Assembly: GCA_010093745.1 (NCBI GenBank)
Contig: MU006051.1
Span: 1 to 34,156 of the forward strand
DNA length: 34,156 bases
Direction: 5' to 3'
Source of the DNA: Piedraia hortae CBS 480.64
Taxonomy: Eukaryota
Positions 33,754-34,156 of the stretch are shown here, in pieces. The position numbers and the translations under genes are program-made. Below the pieces are notes generated by a model. That model was not told where the DNA came from. It worked only from the letters and a program-made list of their open reading frames with translations, and did no database searches. The first letter of the stretch is position 1, and each line of letters starts with the position of its first letter.

Positions 33754-34061
33754 TATCATTGGTATGAACAGAGGAAATAGCGATGAAGAGAAGACCACAA
33801 TGCGACTGCCCGCTCGAGCCGGAGGGCGAAACTATGTACGAGGAACAACTAATGTATCAGCGACAACAATGTCGATCATGCGATCGTCATACCGAGGCAC
33901 CGGCAAGGATCAACACTGGCCACCGCCTCGTATCAGCACGCTTGGTCTTTGGAATGGCAAAGGAGCCATTGACCATATAAGTATAGCCGATTGAGGGTGC
34001 TGTGGGCCTCTTTACCTCCATTGGTTCTGGGTATATTGGGGCCGGTTGGCTGGGCGCATAC

Positions 34062-34156
34062 TATTATAATTGTGAGCAGATGTGTACCTGCATACAAATC
34101 TCTACGGAAAACTAGTTGACGCGTGAAGTCGAGAGCCGAGCGACGGTTACTAATAA
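34062..34156 (-). mobile_element. Family C LTR-like element, cut by the window edge
   Basis: Reverse complement aligns over 95 bp with 6768-6862. Confidence 0.88.

Larger units (their letters stand above)
28559..33915 (-). mobile_element. Decayed near-full-length Ty1/copia LTR retrotransposon
   Basis: Order gag-PR-IN-RT-RNaseH on the minus strand; PBS at 33742-33753; PPT-like GGGGGTTA just before TGTCAAC at 28629. Outer LTR boundaries are uncertain. Confidence 0.88.

Noticed and set aside
34048..34061. PBS-like GTATGCGCCCAG after the family C copy
   Set aside because: Several mismatches to fungal tRNAi(Met) and no gag-like frame follows.

Overview
Eukaryotic DNA from a filamentous ascomycete (inferred from short GT-AG introns with CTAAC/CTGAC branch sites and the gene content). 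Conserved genes: a DUF423/TMEM256 membrane protein, a tandem-bromodomain RSC4-like protein, TFIIA small subunit (TOA2), Dpy-30/SDC1, PEX13, a TOS1-like cell-wall protein and TVP38. There is also a stand-alone 42-aa-repeat TPR gene. Two repeat-rich, gene-poor tracts (about 5.4-12.8 kb and 22.9-34.2 kb) contain nested and chimeric solo LTRs, a decayed near-full-length Ty1/copia element with a half-tRNAi(Met) primer site, a second copia gag-protease fragment and pseudogenes (aspartic protease, TPR). Two copies of a pogo/Tigger-like MITE lie at 11.6 and 14.4 kb. The most intriguing items are: (i) a 5S rRNA-like sequence apparently split by about 395 bp of hairpin-rich DNA; (ii) a 124-bp LTR-like element whose three copies share a non-canonical TA 3' end; (iii) modular LTRs with a covarying palindrome; and (iv) a 36-aa C-terminal module shared by two decayed genes. 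All calls were made by eye and no database search was run.
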